A stretch of 63,672 bases of DNA from Dehalococcoidia bacterium (lineage in GTDB: Bacteria > Chloroflexota > Dehalococcoidia > UBA2979): positions 1-63,672 of the forward strand of contig QZJI01000057.1 in the NCBI GenBank assembly GCA_003599735.1. The letters run 5' to 3'. A program made the translations under genes and the position numbers. Positions 53,853 through 63,672 of this stretch are shown piece after piece; the first letter of the stretch is position 1, and each line of letters begins with the position of its first letter. The notes under the pieces were generated by a model. The model was not told the DNA's origin, ran no database searches, and saw only the letters and a program-made list of their open reading frames with translations.

Positions 53853-54884
53853 ATGACGCGTATTGCCATCCTCGGCACTGGCCTGATCGGTACCTCGATC
53901 GCGCTCGCCCTGCGGGAGCACGGTAAAGCCGACGCCCAGATCGTCGGACACGACAAGTACATCGATGTCGCGCGGAAGGCGAAACAGCGCGGCGCGCTGC
54001 ACGAAGTCGCGGACATGGCGCATGAGGCGGTGCGCGGCGCTGACCTCGTCATTCTTGCCGCGCCGCTTCTCGCCATCCAGAAACTGATGGAGGAGATCGC
54101 GCCCGCCCTCGGCCCGGACACCGTCGTCACCGACACCGGATCGACGAAGGCGGAAGTCATGCGGTGGGCTGCCGAGCTCCTGCCGCACCCCGAGAATTTC
54201 GTCGGCAGTCACCCGATGGCCGGAAAGACCGACTTTGGGCCGGACGCGGCAGAGTCCGCGCTTTTCGATGGCACGCGCTGGATCATCGTGCCGGCCGTGA
54301 ACTCCACGGAGCGCGCGGTGAACACCATCCTGAGCCTGGCCGATACCGTCGGTGCGAAGCCGATGTTCATGGATGCCGCGGAGCACGACGCCTATGCCGC
54401 CGCTGTCTCCCATATGCCGATGATGGCCGCCGTCGCTCTGTTTTCCCTGGGGCGCGCGTCTGAGGCATGGCCGGAGCTCTCCGTCATGGCTGCCGGCGGC
54501 TTCCGCGACATGACGCGCCTCTCTGGCACTGACCCGGCAATGGCGTTTGACATCGCGGTCACCAACCGCGAGAACATCTCCCACTGGCTCGAGCGATTCG
54601 CCTCTACGCTGCTTGACCTGCGCGACCGCATCAACGATGTCGACAACGAGGGTGACCTCTACAAGATCCTTGCCGCCACCGAGTTTGAGCATGCCGGTTT
54701 CCGTAACGGCCTGATCGGCCGGGAAGAGAAAGTGGGTGCGGACGTGAGCGCGGTAGGCGCGTTCTCCTTCTCGGATTTCCTCGCGGGCGGTTGGGTCAGC
54801 GAGAAGCTGCGCGAAGTGATGAAAGACTCGGACGACCGTCTGAAGAAGCTGGAAGCGCGCGACCGTACGCAGCGACGTGTCTAG
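53853..54884 (+). CDS. tyrA: Prephenate/arogenate dehydrogenase
   Basis: Rossmann IAILGTGLIGTSIALAL and GSHPMAG. Confidence 0.8.
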   Translation: MTRIAILGTGLIGTSIALALREHGKADAQIVGHDKYIDVARKAKQRGALHEVADMAHEAVRGADLVILAAPLLAIQKLMEEIAPALGPDTVVTDTGSTKAEVMRWAAELLPHPENFVGSHPMAGKTDFGPDAAESALFDGTRWIIVPAVNSTERAVNTILSLADTVGAKPMFMDAAEHDAYAAAVSHMPMMAAVALFSLGRASEAWPELSVMAAGGFRDMTRLSGTDPAMAFDIAVTNRENISHWLERFASTLLDLRDRINDVDNEGDLYKILAATEFEHAGFRNGLIGREEKVGADVSAVGAFSFSDFLAGGWVSEKLREVMKDSDDRLKKLEARDRTQRRV

Positions 54885-54968
54885 GCGCGCTGGCACGGGA
54901 GAGGGCGCGATGTTCGAGGCGATGCGCGATAGTGGCTGCGATGTCGGCGCGGCGCACCGGCACTGTGG

Positions 54969-55244
54969 ATGACTGAACTCCTCGCCGTTGGCCACGAGAA
55001 CTACCTTGCCTTGGACCGCGTGATCGCCGTCGCGCCTCCAGGGGCTGCGCCGCTCAAGCGCGCGGTCCAGAGTGCCAGGGAGCACGACCGCGTGATCGAC
55101 CTCACGAGCGGCCGCCGGATGAAGGCGGTCGTCATCCTCGAGGACGGCTGGGTCGCCCTCGTCGCCATCACACCGGAAACCATCGCCTCCCGTATGCATG
55201 CGTTGCGGACTCCTCGTGTCGCATCGACGGCCTCCACACCATGA
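54969..55244 (+). CDS. remA: RemA/DUF370 family regulator
   Basis: LALDRVIAVAPPGAAPLKRAVQSAREHDRVIDLTSGRRMKAVVIL parallels B. subtilis RemA. Lies immediately upstream of gmk, the conserved synteny. Confidence 0.8.
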   Translation: MTELLAVGHENYLALDRVIAVAPPGAAPLKRAVQSAREHDRVIDLTSGRRMKAVVILEDGWVALVAITPETIASRMHALRTPRVASTASTP

Positions 55245-55843
55245 CCGAGAAGAGTCTCCCGCTCGTGGTCGTGCTGACCGGGCCATCAGGTGTCGGTAAG
55301 GACTCCGTCTTCGACCAGATGGTCGCTCGCGGCGTGCCGATGGCGCGTCCTGCGACGATGACGACACGCGCGCCCCGGCCGGGGGAACGCGAGGGCGTCA
55401 ACCATTATTTCGTGACGCCAGAGGAATTCGAGCGTGCATTCGCCGCGGGCGAGCTCCTCGAACGTTCCGGGGAGTACGGCAAGCAGTACGGGGTGCCGCG
55501 GCGTTCCGTGCGGGAGGCGCTCGCGACCGGGAACGATGTGGTGATCCGTGTCGACATCCGGGGGGCCGAGTCGCTGCGCCAGCTCCTCCCTGCTGCGCTC
55601 TTCATCTGCCTGATCCCGGAGTGGTTGGGCGACCTCGCCTCCCGCCTCGATGGGCGCGGCACCGAGACGGCCGAGGATCGCGCGAAGCGTCTGGCGATGG
55701 CGCCCGACGAAATTGAGCGCGCGAGCCGCTTCTGCGCGATGGTCGTGAACCCGCAGGGCCGGCTCGACGACACCGTGGACGAAATCCTGCGCCTGATCGA
55801 GGCCGAGCGGGCTCGGCCGGGGCGGAAGTCGATCGCCGTCTGA
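55241..55843 (+). CDS. gmk: Guanylate kinase
   Basis: P-loop GPSGVGKDS and YFVTPEEF. ATGA overlap with remA. Confidence 0.9.
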   Translation: MTEKSLPLVVVLTGPSGVGKDSVFDQMVARGVPMARPATMTTRAPRPGEREGVNHYFVTPEEFERAFAAGELLERSGEYGKQYGVPRRSVREALATGNDVVIRVDIRGAESLRQLLPAALFICLIPEWLGDLASRLDGRGTETAEDRAKRLAMAPDEIERASRFCAMVVNPQGRLDDTVDEILRLIEAERARPGRKSIAV

Positions 55844-55853
55844 CTGTGTTGCG

Positions 55854-55882
55854 TTGACACCCTTCAGCGCCCGACATAACCT
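55854..55882 (+). promoter_or_regulatory. Sigma-70-like promoter of the trp operon leader
   Basis: TTGACA (55854-55859), a 17-nt spacer, then TAACCT (55877-55882). Lies about 20 nt upstream of the T-box. Confidence 0.5.
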
Positions 55883-55900
55883 CCAATCCTGTCCTTTCGC

Positions 55901-56200
55901 GTTGAGATGACGTCGAACGGGAGTAGTACACCGCACAGCGGAGCCCAGAGAGCCGGGGCAGGTGGAAGCCGGCGCTCGCAGCCGCGGTGGAATGGACCCG
56001 GGAGTCCCGGCCCGACGCCCCGAGGAGACTCGGTGGAGGTAGGCGCCGGCGGTGTGGGCGCCGTTACCTGTGCCCAGGGCATCGCCCGCTGCGCCTTCAA
56101 GGTGCGCGTGGGCCGTGCCTGGACGAGCCTCTTGCCTCCGGGCGGGGGGAGATGTGGGTGGCACCGCGAGGACCATCGCCCCACGGCGATGGTCCTTTTT
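55901..56200 (+). promoter_or_regulatory. T-box riboswitch leader, Trp (UGG) specifier, with terminator
   Basis: GATGA K-turn (55906), AGTAGTA, CAGAGAG, GGTGGAAGCC distal motif, GAA-TGG-A specifier (TGG at 55993-55995), T-box GGGTGGCACCGCG (56156-56168), overlapping terminator. Confidence 0.8.
56170..56200 (+). terminator. T-box attenuator terminator
   Basis: Perfect 11-bp stem GGACCATCGCC/GGCGATGGTCC, loop CCAC, then TTTTT. Confidence 0.85.
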
Positions 56201-56375
56201 GTATCCGCGGATGAGCCCAGGGCGGGCGCAGGAGGTTGAGTGGACGAGGTGCGGGCAGCGGCTGGGCGAATCACCCTCGGCGGCGCCGGGGCGTGGCGAC
56301 GCTCGCCCTCCTGGCGGGCGCCGCGCGGCGCGCGCCACACCTCCCACTCCTGACCAGCGGCCCCGGAGGCCATCG

Positions 56376-57845
56376 ATGACCTACACACCCTCTCTGCCAG
56401 ACGTCCGGCGCATGACCGGACAGGGCACCATCGTCCCGATCTACCGCGAGGTGCGCGCCGACCTCGAGACCCCTGTCTCCGCTTACCTGAAGGTCGCGCG
56501 CGGCGGTTTCTCGTTTCTCCTCGAGTCTGCCGAGGGCGGTGAGCGGATGGGCCGCTACTCCTTCATCGGCACCGAGCCATACCGCGTCTTCGCCGGCGAG
56601 CACGCCGACGGAGACCCGCTCGAGGTCGTCCAGAAGGAGCTGGAGCGGTCAAAGGCCGTTGCCGTGGCGGGGCTCCCGCGCTTCCATGGCGGCGCCGTCG
56701 GCTACCTGGCGTACGAAGCGGTTGCCCATTTCGAGCCACGGGTCCCCGTCCCTCCGGTGGATACCCTAGGCGTTCCCGAGTCGTGGCTGATGTTCATCGA
56801 CTCACTGCTCGTGTTCGACCATCTGAAGCACACGATCAAGGTCGTGGCGCATGTCCGGTTGGATGGAGACATCGACTCCTCGTACCGCGCGGCAGAACGT
56901 CGGATCGACGAACTGGTGGAACGCCTCGGGCGGCCGCTGGGCGCGTTGCCGTACGTCCCTCACAGCGGCCCCTCCGGGCGCGAGGTGAGCAGCAACTGGA
57001 AGAAGCAGGATTTCCTGGACGCCGTCGTGCGCTGCAAGGAGTACATCCGCGCAGGCGACATCATCCAGGTCGTCCTCTCGCAACGCTTCACCCGGGAAAC
57101 GGGTGCCCATCCATTCGAGGTCTACCGCAGCCTGCGTACGATCAATCCATCGCCGTACCTCTTTTACCTGCAGTTTGGAGATACCTCTCTCGTCGGCTCG
57201 TCACCGGAGCTACTGGTGAACATCGAGGACGGGCTGGTCGAGGTGCACCCCATCGCCGGGACGCGTCCGCGCGGCGCGAACGCCCTGGAAGACGAGCGGT
57301 TGGGGGAAGAGCTCAGCCACGACCCAAAGGAGATCGCGGAGCATGTGATGCTCCTCGACCTCGGACGAAACGATGTGGGGCGGGTGTCGAAGCCGGGCAC
57401 CGTGAAGGTCACGCAGCAGCTCGACCTTGAGTATTACTCGCACGTCATGCACCTGGTCAGCCACGTCACCGGACAGCTCGACCCATCGATGACCGCCTAC
57501 GACGCCCTCCGCGCGGCGTACCCCGCAGGTACCGTCTCCGGCGCACCGAAAATCCGCGCGATGGAGATCATCGCGGACATGGAGCCCGACCGCCGCGGGC
57601 CGTATGCCGGTGGTGTCGGTTTCTTCGACCTGTCGGGAAACATCGAGACGTGCATCACGATCCGCACGCTGGTGATGAAGGATGGTAAGGCGCATGTCCA
57701 AGCGGGCGCCGGCATCGTGCATGACTCCGATCCGGTGAAAGAGTTTGAAGAGTGCGGCCACAAGGCGCGGGCCCTCCTTGCGGCCATCGACGATGCTGAG
57801 CATGGTGAGGGCGGCGACCCCGCCGGAAGCCTGGGGTACGAATAA
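56376..57845 (+). CDS. trpE: Anthranilate synthase component I
   Basis: Start at MTYTPS (GGAGG RBS). LLESAEGG, chorismate-binding C-terminus GAGIVHDSDP. Confidence 0.9.
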   Translation: MTYTPSLPDVRRMTGQGTIVPIYREVRADLETPVSAYLKVARGGFSFLLESAEGGERMGRYSFIGTEPYRVFAGEHADGDPLEVVQKELERSKAVAVAGLPRFHGGAVGYLAYEAVAHFEPRVPVPPVDTLGVPESWLMFIDSLLVFDHLKHTIKVVAHVRLDGDIDSSYRAAERRIDELVERLGRPLGALPYVPHSGPSGREVSSNWKKQDFLDAVVRCKEYIRAGDIIQVVLSQRFTRETGAHPFEVYRSLRTINPSPYLFYLQFGDTSLVGSSPELLVNIEDGLVEVHPIAGTRPRGANALEDERLGEELSHDPKEIAEHVMLLDLGRNDVGRVSKPGTVKVTQQLDLEYYSHVMHLVSHVTGQLDPSMTAYDALRAAYPAGTVSGAPKIRAMEIIADMEPDRRGPYAGGVGFFDLSGNIETCITIRTLVMKDGKAHVQAGAGIVHDSDPVKEFEECGHKARALLAAIDDAEHGEGGDPAGSLGYE

Positions 57846-58762
57846 TGCCGCCTGTTGGCCCGCGTCTCCTCACCGGCGCCGTAATGGTGCGCGAAGACGG
57901 CCTCATACTGCTCGTCCAGCACCCCGCGGCCAGTCCCTTCGCCGGCAAATGGTCGATGCCCCTGACCGGTGTCCCTGACCACGAGACGGCCGAAGATGCC
58001 CTCGAACGGATGTTGCGCGACTCGCTCCATGTGGAACCGGGCGAATATGATTTCCTCGACACGATCTACGCGAACGCCGTCACCAATGGTGAGCGGTTTA
58101 TTGTCAACGCGTTCACCTGTATCGGCTGGACAGGTGAACCGCGCTTCGGGCCCGAGGCGTACGCGGACGCCGTCTGGGTATCCCCCAGCGCTCCGGGCGC
58201 CATCGACCTCCTACCAGAGGTGCGCGATTGGCTGAAGACGGCCTTCGAAGAGGAGACGGGTGCGATCGTGCTGCGTGAGTACGATCGGGAGATGCTGATC
58301 GCCGACCTTGCCAGCGCCCGCGCCGGCCTCGTCGCCGCATTCGACGCTGTCCCACCGCACCTACGGTCGACACCGGACGCCTCGGGCTGGTCGCCGCTCG
58401 ATGTATTCGCCCACGTCTCGGATGTGGAAGCGTACTACCGCAACGAAACCCGGCGCTGCGCCAGCGGCTTCGGGCGGCGGTGGCGTCCGTTCAACGAGGC
58501 CCAGTGGGAGGATGCGTTTCGTCTCCGACCTGCCGAAGACGAGCGCACGCTGCGCGACCGGCTCGCCGCCATGTCGAGCGAGACGCGCGCATACCTCGGA
58601 GAGATCACGCCGGAGCTGCTGGCGCTCTACCTCGACCACCCCGAGCAAGGTGTCGTCCAGGTAGGCGACCGCTTCGAGAAGATCGCCGTCCACTACCGCA
58701 ACCACGCCGGACAGATCCGCGGGATGGCGCAGGCCCTGGTAGCCCGCGCGTCCGGCGCCTAG
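57845..58762 (+). CDS. Nudix-like (degenerate Nudix box) / DinB-like fusion protein
   Basis: N-terminal Nudix fold with GVPDHETAEDALERMLRDSL, so REUxEE is replaced by RMLRDS. C-terminal DinB-like His-containing helices. ATG overlaps the trpE TAA. Confidence 0.55.
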   Translation: MPPVGPRLLTGAVMVREDGLILLVQHPAASPFAGKWSMPLTGVPDHETAEDALERMLRDSLHVEPGEYDFLDTIYANAVTNGERFIVNAFTCIGWTGEPRFGPEAYADAVWVSPSAPGAIDLLPEVRDWLKTAFEEETGAIVLREYDREMLIADLASARAGLVAAFDAVPPHLRSTPDASGWSPLDVFAHVSDVEAYYRNETRRCASGFGRRWRPFNEAQWEDAFRLRPAEDERTLRDRLAAMSSETRAYLGEITPELLALYLDHPEQGVVQVGDRFEKIAVHYRNHAGQIRGMAQALVARASGA

Positions 58763-58771
58763 GAGGCCACC

Positions 58772-59368
58772 GTGCTGCTGCTCATCGATAACTACGATTC
58801 GTTCACCTACAACCTCTACCAGTACCTCGCCGAGCTGGGCGAACAAGTCGAGGTCCACCGCAACGACCAGATCTCGGTCGAAGACTGCCTGCAGATGAAG
58901 CCGGACCACGTGGTGATCTCACCCGGCCCCTGTTCGCCAACAGAGGCAGGCATCTCGGTCGACCTCATCCATGCGTTTGCGGGCAAAGTTCCATTGCTCG
59001 GGGTGTGTCTCGGGCACCAGTGCATCGGCGAAGCGTTCGGAGGTGTCGTGACCTCCGCGGGCGAGATCATGCACGGCAAGACGAGCATGGTCACGCATGA
59101 CGGCAAGGGCGTCTTCGCCGGCCTGCCCAACCCGTTCGAGGCGATTCGGTATCATTCGCTCGCGATCGCGCCCGACAGCGTCCCCGCTGTCCTCGAGGTC
59201 AGCGCGACGTCCGAGAGCGGCGTGATCATGGGTGTCCGGCATCGCACGTTCGCCATCGAGGGCGTGCAGTTCCACCCGGAGTCGATCATGACCCAGCACG
59301 GCCATGCGCTGTTGCGGAACTTCCTGGCGATGAGACAGGGCGCGGTCGCACAGGAGGTGCGTGCGTGA
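58772..59368 (+). CDS. trpG: Anthranilate synthase component II (glutamine amidotransferase)
   Basis: [20 protein letters not shown] (catalytic Cys), FHPES. Confidence 0.9.
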   Translation: MLLLIDNYDSFTYNLYQYLAELGEQVEVHRNDQISVEDCLQMKPDHVVISPGPCSPTEAGISVDLIHAFAGKVPLLGVCLGHQCIGEAFGGVVTSAGEIMHGKTSMVTHDGKGVFAGLPNPFEAIRYHSLAIAPDSVPAVLEVSATSESGVIMGVRHRTFAIEGVQFHPESIMTQHGHALLRNFLAMRQGAVAQEVRA

Positions 59369-60414
59369 TCAAGCAGGCCCTCGCCGCCCTGGTCGATGAG
59401 CGCCGCAACCTCACGGAGGATGAGGCGCGCGACGCCATGCGCGAGATCATGCGTGCCGGCCAGCCGGATGCCGAGGGCGAGCGTGCCACCGAGGCGCAGT
59501 TCGGTGCATTTGTGACGGCGCTCCGTCTCAAGGGCGAGACCGTCGATGAGATCACCGGGATGGCGAGGGCGATGCGTGAGGCGTCGCTGCACGTCTCGGT
59601 CGACGTGAGGCCGCTGCTCGACACTTGCGGGACGGGCGGCTCCAACCGGAAGATTTTCAACGCCTCGACGGCCGCCGCCTTCGTCGCCGCCGCTGCTGGC
59701 GCCAAGGTAGCGAAGCATGGCAACCGCGCCATGACCTCGCAGTCCGGGTCCGCCGACCTGCTGGAGGCGCTGGGGGCCATCGTGACCCTGGGGCCGGAGC
59801 AGGTGGCAGAGTGCATCCGCCGCACGGGCGTTGGCTTCATGTTCGCCCAGACCTTTCATCCGGCGATGAAGTTCGCGGGACCGCTGCGGCCTCAACTCGG
59901 GTTCCGTACCGTCTTCAACATCCTGGGGCCGCTCACGAATCCCGCCGGTGCCACCTGTCACGTCCTCGGCGCGCCGAACGTGGCGCTGGCTGAGAAGCTG
60001 GCGCACGTCCTGCTCCGCCTCGGCATGCGTCACGCGCTGGTCGTCACCGGCGAGGACGGGCTGGACGACATCACCGTCACTGGCGCGAGCACGGTCTTCG
60101 AGGTGCGCGGGGACGCCGTGACGCAACGCACCGTCACCCCGTTCGACCTCGGCCTGACGCTCCACAAACCCGAGGCGATCGAGGGCGGCAACCCTCAGGA
60201 GAACGCTGAACTGCTGCGTAACGTCTTCGCGGGCGAGGGCCCGCTGGCGCTGCGCGACCTCGTCTGCGCTCAGGCGGGCGCTGGGCTCTACGTGGCGGGC
60301 CTCGCCGCTTCGCTCCAGCAGGGCGTCGAGCAGGCCATCAAGGCCATCGAAGAGGGCGACGCCGCCGCACGGGTCGGCGCGTTCGTCGAGGCGACGCGCC
60401 GCCTCGCGAAGTAG
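59365..60414 (+). CDS. trpD: Anthranilate phosphoribosyltransferase
   Basis: [24 protein letters not shown]. Confidence 0.9.
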   Translation: MIKQALAALVDERRNLTEDEARDAMREIMRAGQPDAEGERATEAQFGAFVTALRLKGETVDEITGMARAMREASLHVSVDVRPLLDTCGTGGSNRKIFNASTAAAFVAAAAGAKVAKHGNRAMTSQSGSADLLEALGAIVTLGPEQVAECIRRTGVGFMFAQTFHPAMKFAGPLRPQLGFRTVFNILGPLTNPAGATCHVLGAPNVALAEKLAHVLLRLGMRHALVVTGEDGLDDITVTGASTVFEVRGDAVTQRTVTPFDLGLTLHKPEAIEGGNPQENAELLRNVFAGEGPLALRDLVCAQAGAGLYVAGLAASLQQGVEQAIKAIEEGDAAARVGAFVEATRRLAK

Positions 60415-60425
60415 CGAGGCGCCTG

Positions 60426-61286
60426 ATGGATGCACGGATCACCGGCACCATTCTCGACCGGATCGTGGCGGATCGCCGGATCCGTCTGGCTGAGGACCGT
60501 GTGCGCCGTCCTGAGGCGGCGCTTCACGGTCTCGTCAGGCAGGCCTCCCCCGCCATCGACTTCGCCATGCGACTGCGGAACGGTCGTCGCGCCACACCGC
60601 CCGGCGCGCGCCTCCGTCTGATCGGCGAGGTGAAGCGTGCGAGCCCGAGCAAGGGCGTCTTCGACGCCAACCTCGACGCCGTCGCGCAAGCACGTGCCTA
60701 CGCGGACGCGGGCGCAGCGGCGATTTCCGTGCTGACCGAGCCAGACCACTTCAAGGGGAGCATCGCTGACCTCAAAGGGGTGCGTCGGGCATTCGGGGAT
60801 GATTCCGACCGTCCCGCACTCCTTCGCAAGGACTTCATCTTCGACTCGTACCAGGTGCTTGAAGCGCGGGCTGCTGGCGCAGATGCGCTGCTGCTCATCG
60901 TGATGATGCTGGAGCCGGAGGCGCTCGTCTCGCTGCTGGCGCAGACGCGAGCCCTGGGCATGCAGGCCCTTGTCGAGGTGCATGACGAAGCCGAGATGCG
61001 CGTGGCGCTCGACGCCGGCGCCACCGTCCTTGGCGTGAACAACCGCGACCTGCGCACCTTCACCGAGGACCTCGGCACGACCGAGCGTGTCGCGGCGGCG
61101 GTGCCGGAAGGCATCACGCTGGTCGCTGAGAGCGCCATCCGACACGCGGCTGACGCGCGACGGATGGCCGCGTGCGGCGCGCACGCGCTACTCGTCGGTG
61201 AGGCGCTCGTCACGACTGGCGACATCGCCGGGAAAGCGCGTGAGCTCATGCTGGTCGGCGATGTCCTGGACGAGGTGCGCGCGTGA
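60426..61286 (+). CDS. trpC: Indole-3-glycerol phosphate synthase
   Basis: IGEVKRASPSKG, LRKDFI, GVNNRDL. Confidence 0.9.
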   Translation: MDARITGTILDRIVADRRIRLAEDRVRRPEAALHGLVRQASPAIDFAMRLRNGRRATPPGARLRLIGEVKRASPSKGVFDANLDAVAQARAYADAGAAAISVLTEPDHFKGSIADLKGVRRAFGDDSDRPALLRKDFIFDSYQVLEARAAGADALLLIVMMLEPEALVSLLAQTRALGMQALVEVHDEAEMRVALDAGATVLGVNNRDLRTFTEDLGTTERVAAAVPEGITLVAESAIRHAADARRMAACGAHALLVGEALVTTGDIAGKARELMLVGDVLDEVRA

Positions 61287-62038
61287 CGTACATCAAGATC
61301 TGTGGCAACCGCACACCGGACGATGTCCTTGTCGCCGCCGAGGCGGGGGCGGATTTCGTCGGCATGATCTTCGCGGACTCGCGTCGGCGCGTGGACGTGG
61401 AGGAGGCGCAGGCGATGGTGCGCGCCCTCGGCGGGCCGCTCGCGCAGCAGGAGATGTTCGCGCCACCGCCGTCACTTGCCCACGGACGCGAGGAACTGGA
61501 GCCGTGGTTCCGCCACGGCGCACAGGTGTTGACGGCGTACCTTGGTATGAAGCGGCCGCTGACCGTCGGCGTGTTTGCCGACCAGCCGGTCGAAGAGGTG
61601 AACGAACTCGCCGAGGAGGCGGGTGTCGACCTCGTCCAATTGTCCGGTGACGAGACGTGGGAGGACTGCTTGCTGGTGGCGAAACAGGTCATCCAGGTGC
61701 TCCACGTGGGCCCCGTGGACACTCCGGCCGACCCGCTCGCTGATGTCCGCCCGGGCTTCGCCATCGCGCTCATGCTCGACTCCGCGCACGGCCCCTATCG
61801 AGGCGGGAGCGGCCAGGTGTTCGACTGGGATGTGGCCGCGCGCATGGCCGGGCGGCTCCCGATCTTCCTCGCGGGCGGCCTCACCCCACTGAACGTGACG
61901 GAGGCGGTTGCCCGGGTGCGCCCGTGGGCGGTCGACGTGTCGAGCGGCACCGAGACGGACGGCCGCAAGGATCACGCGAAGGTGCGCGCGTTCGTGCAGG
62001 CCGTGCGGGCCGCCGATGTGGCGGGAGGTACTCGATGA
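61283..62038 (+). CDS. trpF: Phosphoribosylanthranilate isomerase
   Basis: IKICG N-terminus, [16 protein letters not shown]. About 40 aa longer than typical. Confidence 0.85.
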   Translation: MTYIKICGNRTPDDVLVAAEAGADFVGMIFADSRRRVDVEEAQAMVRALGGPLAQQEMFAPPPSLAHGREELEPWFRHGAQVLTAYLGMKRPLTVGVFADQPVEEVNELAEEAGVDLVQLSGDETWEDCLLVAKQVIQVLHVGPVDTPADPLADVRPGFAIALMLDSAHGPYRGGSGQVFDWDVAARMAGRLPIFLAGGLTPLNVTEAVARVRPWAVDVSSGTETDGRKDHAKVRAFVQAVRAADVAGGTR

Positions 62039-63237
62039 CGACCCAGACGTCGCAGCCCTCGGTGCCGGACGAGCACGGCCATTTCGGTGAGTTCGGTGGC
62101 CAATACGTCCCAGAAACGCTGATGCCGGCGCTTGCCGAGTTAGAAGTCGCTTACCACGAGGCGATCCGCGATCCAGCATTCCGGAAAGAACTCGACGACC
62201 TGCTCCGCGACTACGTCGGGCGTCCCTCGCCGCTCACGCACACCGCGCGCCTCTCCGCCGAAGTGGGGGCGAAGGTCTACCTGAAGCGGGAAGACCTCAA
62301 CCACACGGGCGCGCACAAGATCAACGCGGTCATCGCCCAGGGGCTGCTGGCACGCCGGATGGGGAAGCGCCGGATCATCGCGGAGACCGGCGCCGGGCAG
62401 CACGGCGTCGCCACCGCTACCGTCTGCGCGCTCTTCGGCCTGGACTGTATTGTCTACATGGGCGAAGAGGACATTCGTCGCCAGTCGCTCAACGTCTTCA
62501 AGATGAAGATTCTCGGCGCGGAGGTGCGTCCGGTCTCCTCCGGTTCGCGCACCCTGAAGGACGCTACGAACGAGGCGATCCGTGACTGGGTCACCAACGT
62601 CCGCGACACGTACTACATCATCGGCTCAGTCGTCGGACCGCACCCATACCCGGCGATGGTTCGCGACTTCCAGTCCGTGATCGGCAGCGAGGCACGGGAG
62701 CAGATTCTCGCGAAGGAAGGCCGCCTCCCCACCATCGCGGTCGCCTGCGTTGGCGGCGGTTCCAACGCGATGGGGCTGTTCCACGCCTTCCGCGACGACC
62801 CCGTCCGCCTGATCGGCGTCGAGGCGGCGGGTGAGGGGCTCGACAAGCGGCACGCCGCGACGCTCGGGAAGGGGCGCCCCGGCGTCCTCCACGGGGCGCG
62901 CTCGTTCCTGCTGCAGGATGAGCACGGCCAGGTGCAGGAGGCTCACTCGATCTCGGCGGGCCTCGACTATCCCGGAGTCGGCCCGGAGCACGCCTACCTC
63001 AAGATCAGCGAGCGCGCCGAGTACCGCTCCGTCACGGACGACGAAGCGCTCGCGGCGCTTCAGACGCTCTCCCGCCTGGAGGGGATCATCCCCGCGCTGG
63101 AGAGCAGCCACGCGGTGGCGCAGGTGATCAAGATGAAGGGGACGTTCCGTCCGGACGACCTGGTGATCATCAACCTGTCCGGCCGCGGTGATAAGGACAT
63201 GAACACCGTCGCTGAGGCGCTCGGAGTAACTGTCTAG
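62035..63237 (+). CDS. trpB: Tryptophan synthase beta chain
   Basis: Start at MTTQTS (ATGA overlap with trpF). [23 protein letters not shown] (PLP Lys), GGGSNA. Confidence 0.9.
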   Translation: MTTQTSQPSVPDEHGHFGEFGGQYVPETLMPALAELEVAYHEAIRDPAFRKELDDLLRDYVGRPSPLTHTARLSAEVGAKVYLKREDLNHTGAHKINAVIAQGLLARRMGKRRIIAETGAGQHGVATATVCALFGLDCIVYMGEEDIRRQSLNVFKMKILGAEVRPVSSGSRTLKDATNEAIRDWVTNVRDTYYIIGSVVGPHPYPAMVRDFQSVIGSEAREQILAKEGRLPTIAVACVGGGSNAMGLFHAFRDDPVRLIGVEAAGEGLDKRHAATLGKGRPGVLHGARSFLLQDEHGQVQEAHSISAGLDYPGVGPEHAYLKISERAEYRSVTDDEALAALQTLSRLEGIIPALESSHAVAQVIKMKGTFRPDDLVIINLSGRGDKDMNTVAEALGVTV

Positions 63238-63672
63238 CGCACGAACCCCGGCAGCCCCCACAGGTGTGGGTCAAACTCGCCGAGGTGCGCGAGGACCTGG
63301 TGCGCTCCGCCGACGAGACCTTCGTGGCCGGCCTCGGGCAGCGCAACCACGGCCATCCCGCCCGCCAGCGCCGCTTCTACACCCAGCGGCGCGTCCTCGA
63401 ACACCAGGCACGCCTCTGGTGGTGCGCCGATACGTCGCGCCGCTTCCAGGAAGATGTCCGGCGCCGGCTTCCCGTGGAGGACATCCTCCGATGTCACGAT
63501 CGCGTCGAACGTTGCGAACCACCCTGGGTGGGCCACCCGCTTCGCCTCCAGCGAGTGCCGCATCGAAGACGTCGCGACCGCCTGCGGCACGCCCCGCGCA
63601 GCGAAGTGGCCCGTGAGTTCCAGCGCCCCTCGCGTGGGTTGCGCCGTCCGAAAGAGCGAGACGAGGCGGGCG
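63234..63672 (-). CDS. HAD-superfamily hydrolase (partial; N-terminus beyond the window end)
   Basis: [36 protein letters not shown] (HAD motifs III/IV). The ORF is open to the window edge. Confidence 0.7.
   Translation of the reverse strand, partial: ARLVSLFRTAQPTRGALELTGHFAARGVPQAVATSSMRHSLEAKRVAHPGWFATFDAIVTSEDVLHGKPAPDIFLEAARRIGAPPEACLVFEDAPLGVEAALAGGMAVVALPEAGHEGLVGGAHQVLAHLGEFDPHLWGLPGFVR

Noticed and set aside
56052-56375. 108-codon N-terminal extension of trpE
   Set aside because: It would run through the T-box sequence and its perfect terminator. It is Pro/Arg/Ala-rich. ATG 56376 has a GGAGG RBS and starts the conserved TrpE sequence.
56201-56375. A second (tandem) T-box, or a leader peptide, between the terminator and trpE
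   Set aside because: There is no second GGTGG(T/C)ACCGCG motif and no terminator. No short ORF with tandem Trp codons was seen.
1-63672. CRISPR arrays, rRNA genes, IS elements/transposases, integrase/recombinase genes
   Set aside because: I found no regularly spaced repeats, no rRNA-like sequence, and no DDE, tyrosine- or serine-recombinase motifs in any long ORF of this window.

Overview
High-GC (about 68-70% in spot counts) bacterial window. The remA-gmk synteny and a T-box leader hint at a Chloroflexota/Thermomicrobia-like or similar lineage, but that is inference only. The window splits in two.

(1) Positions 1 to about 30355 look like the right-hand part of an integrated mobile element (ICE or integrated-plasmid type). 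It carries a CHC2/Toprim primase, a Rad52-like annealing protein, ArdC, an orphan N6-type methyltransferase, an SNF2 helicase and a large ParB-like protein. No integrase or phage structural genes are in the window. The element ends at a truncated tRNA-Arg(UCU) 3' half (30306-30355), preceded by three 11-12-bp direct repeats.

Its distal 18 kb (12.2-30.3 kb) is visibly lower in GC (about 58% in spot counts) and is a defence-type cargo. The main hit is a tightly coupled minus-strand operon: a 1017-aa unknown, a 362-aa unknown, a 1856-aa DruE-like helicase (COG1205 with DUF1998) and a Cas4-like PD-(D/E)xK nuclease. A DUF4338 (DruA-like) gene sits convergent to it. This is Druantia-like but fits no canonical Druantia layout. 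Next to it lie an overlapping pair (an 864-aa multi-TM protein plus a 333-aa partner) and an orphan 374-aa gene, none with recognisable domains.

(2) Positions 30.4-63.7 kb are ordinary chromosome:
- rsmJ, and a MoaD-like gene followed by a tungsten-type aldehyde:ferredoxin oxidoreductase
- a GT-C glycosyltransferase and several peptidases
- a complete pho cluster (phoU, pstSCAB, a PhoR/PhoP-like pair)
- an SRAP peptidase, an SLT transglycosylase, an M50 protease, tyrA and remA-gmk
- a Trp-specific T-box leader driving trpE-(Nudix-like/DinB)-trpGDCFB, with no adjacent trpA

No CRISPR array, rRNA or intact tRNA was seen. All family assignments rest on motifs read by eye and need HMM or structure confirmation.
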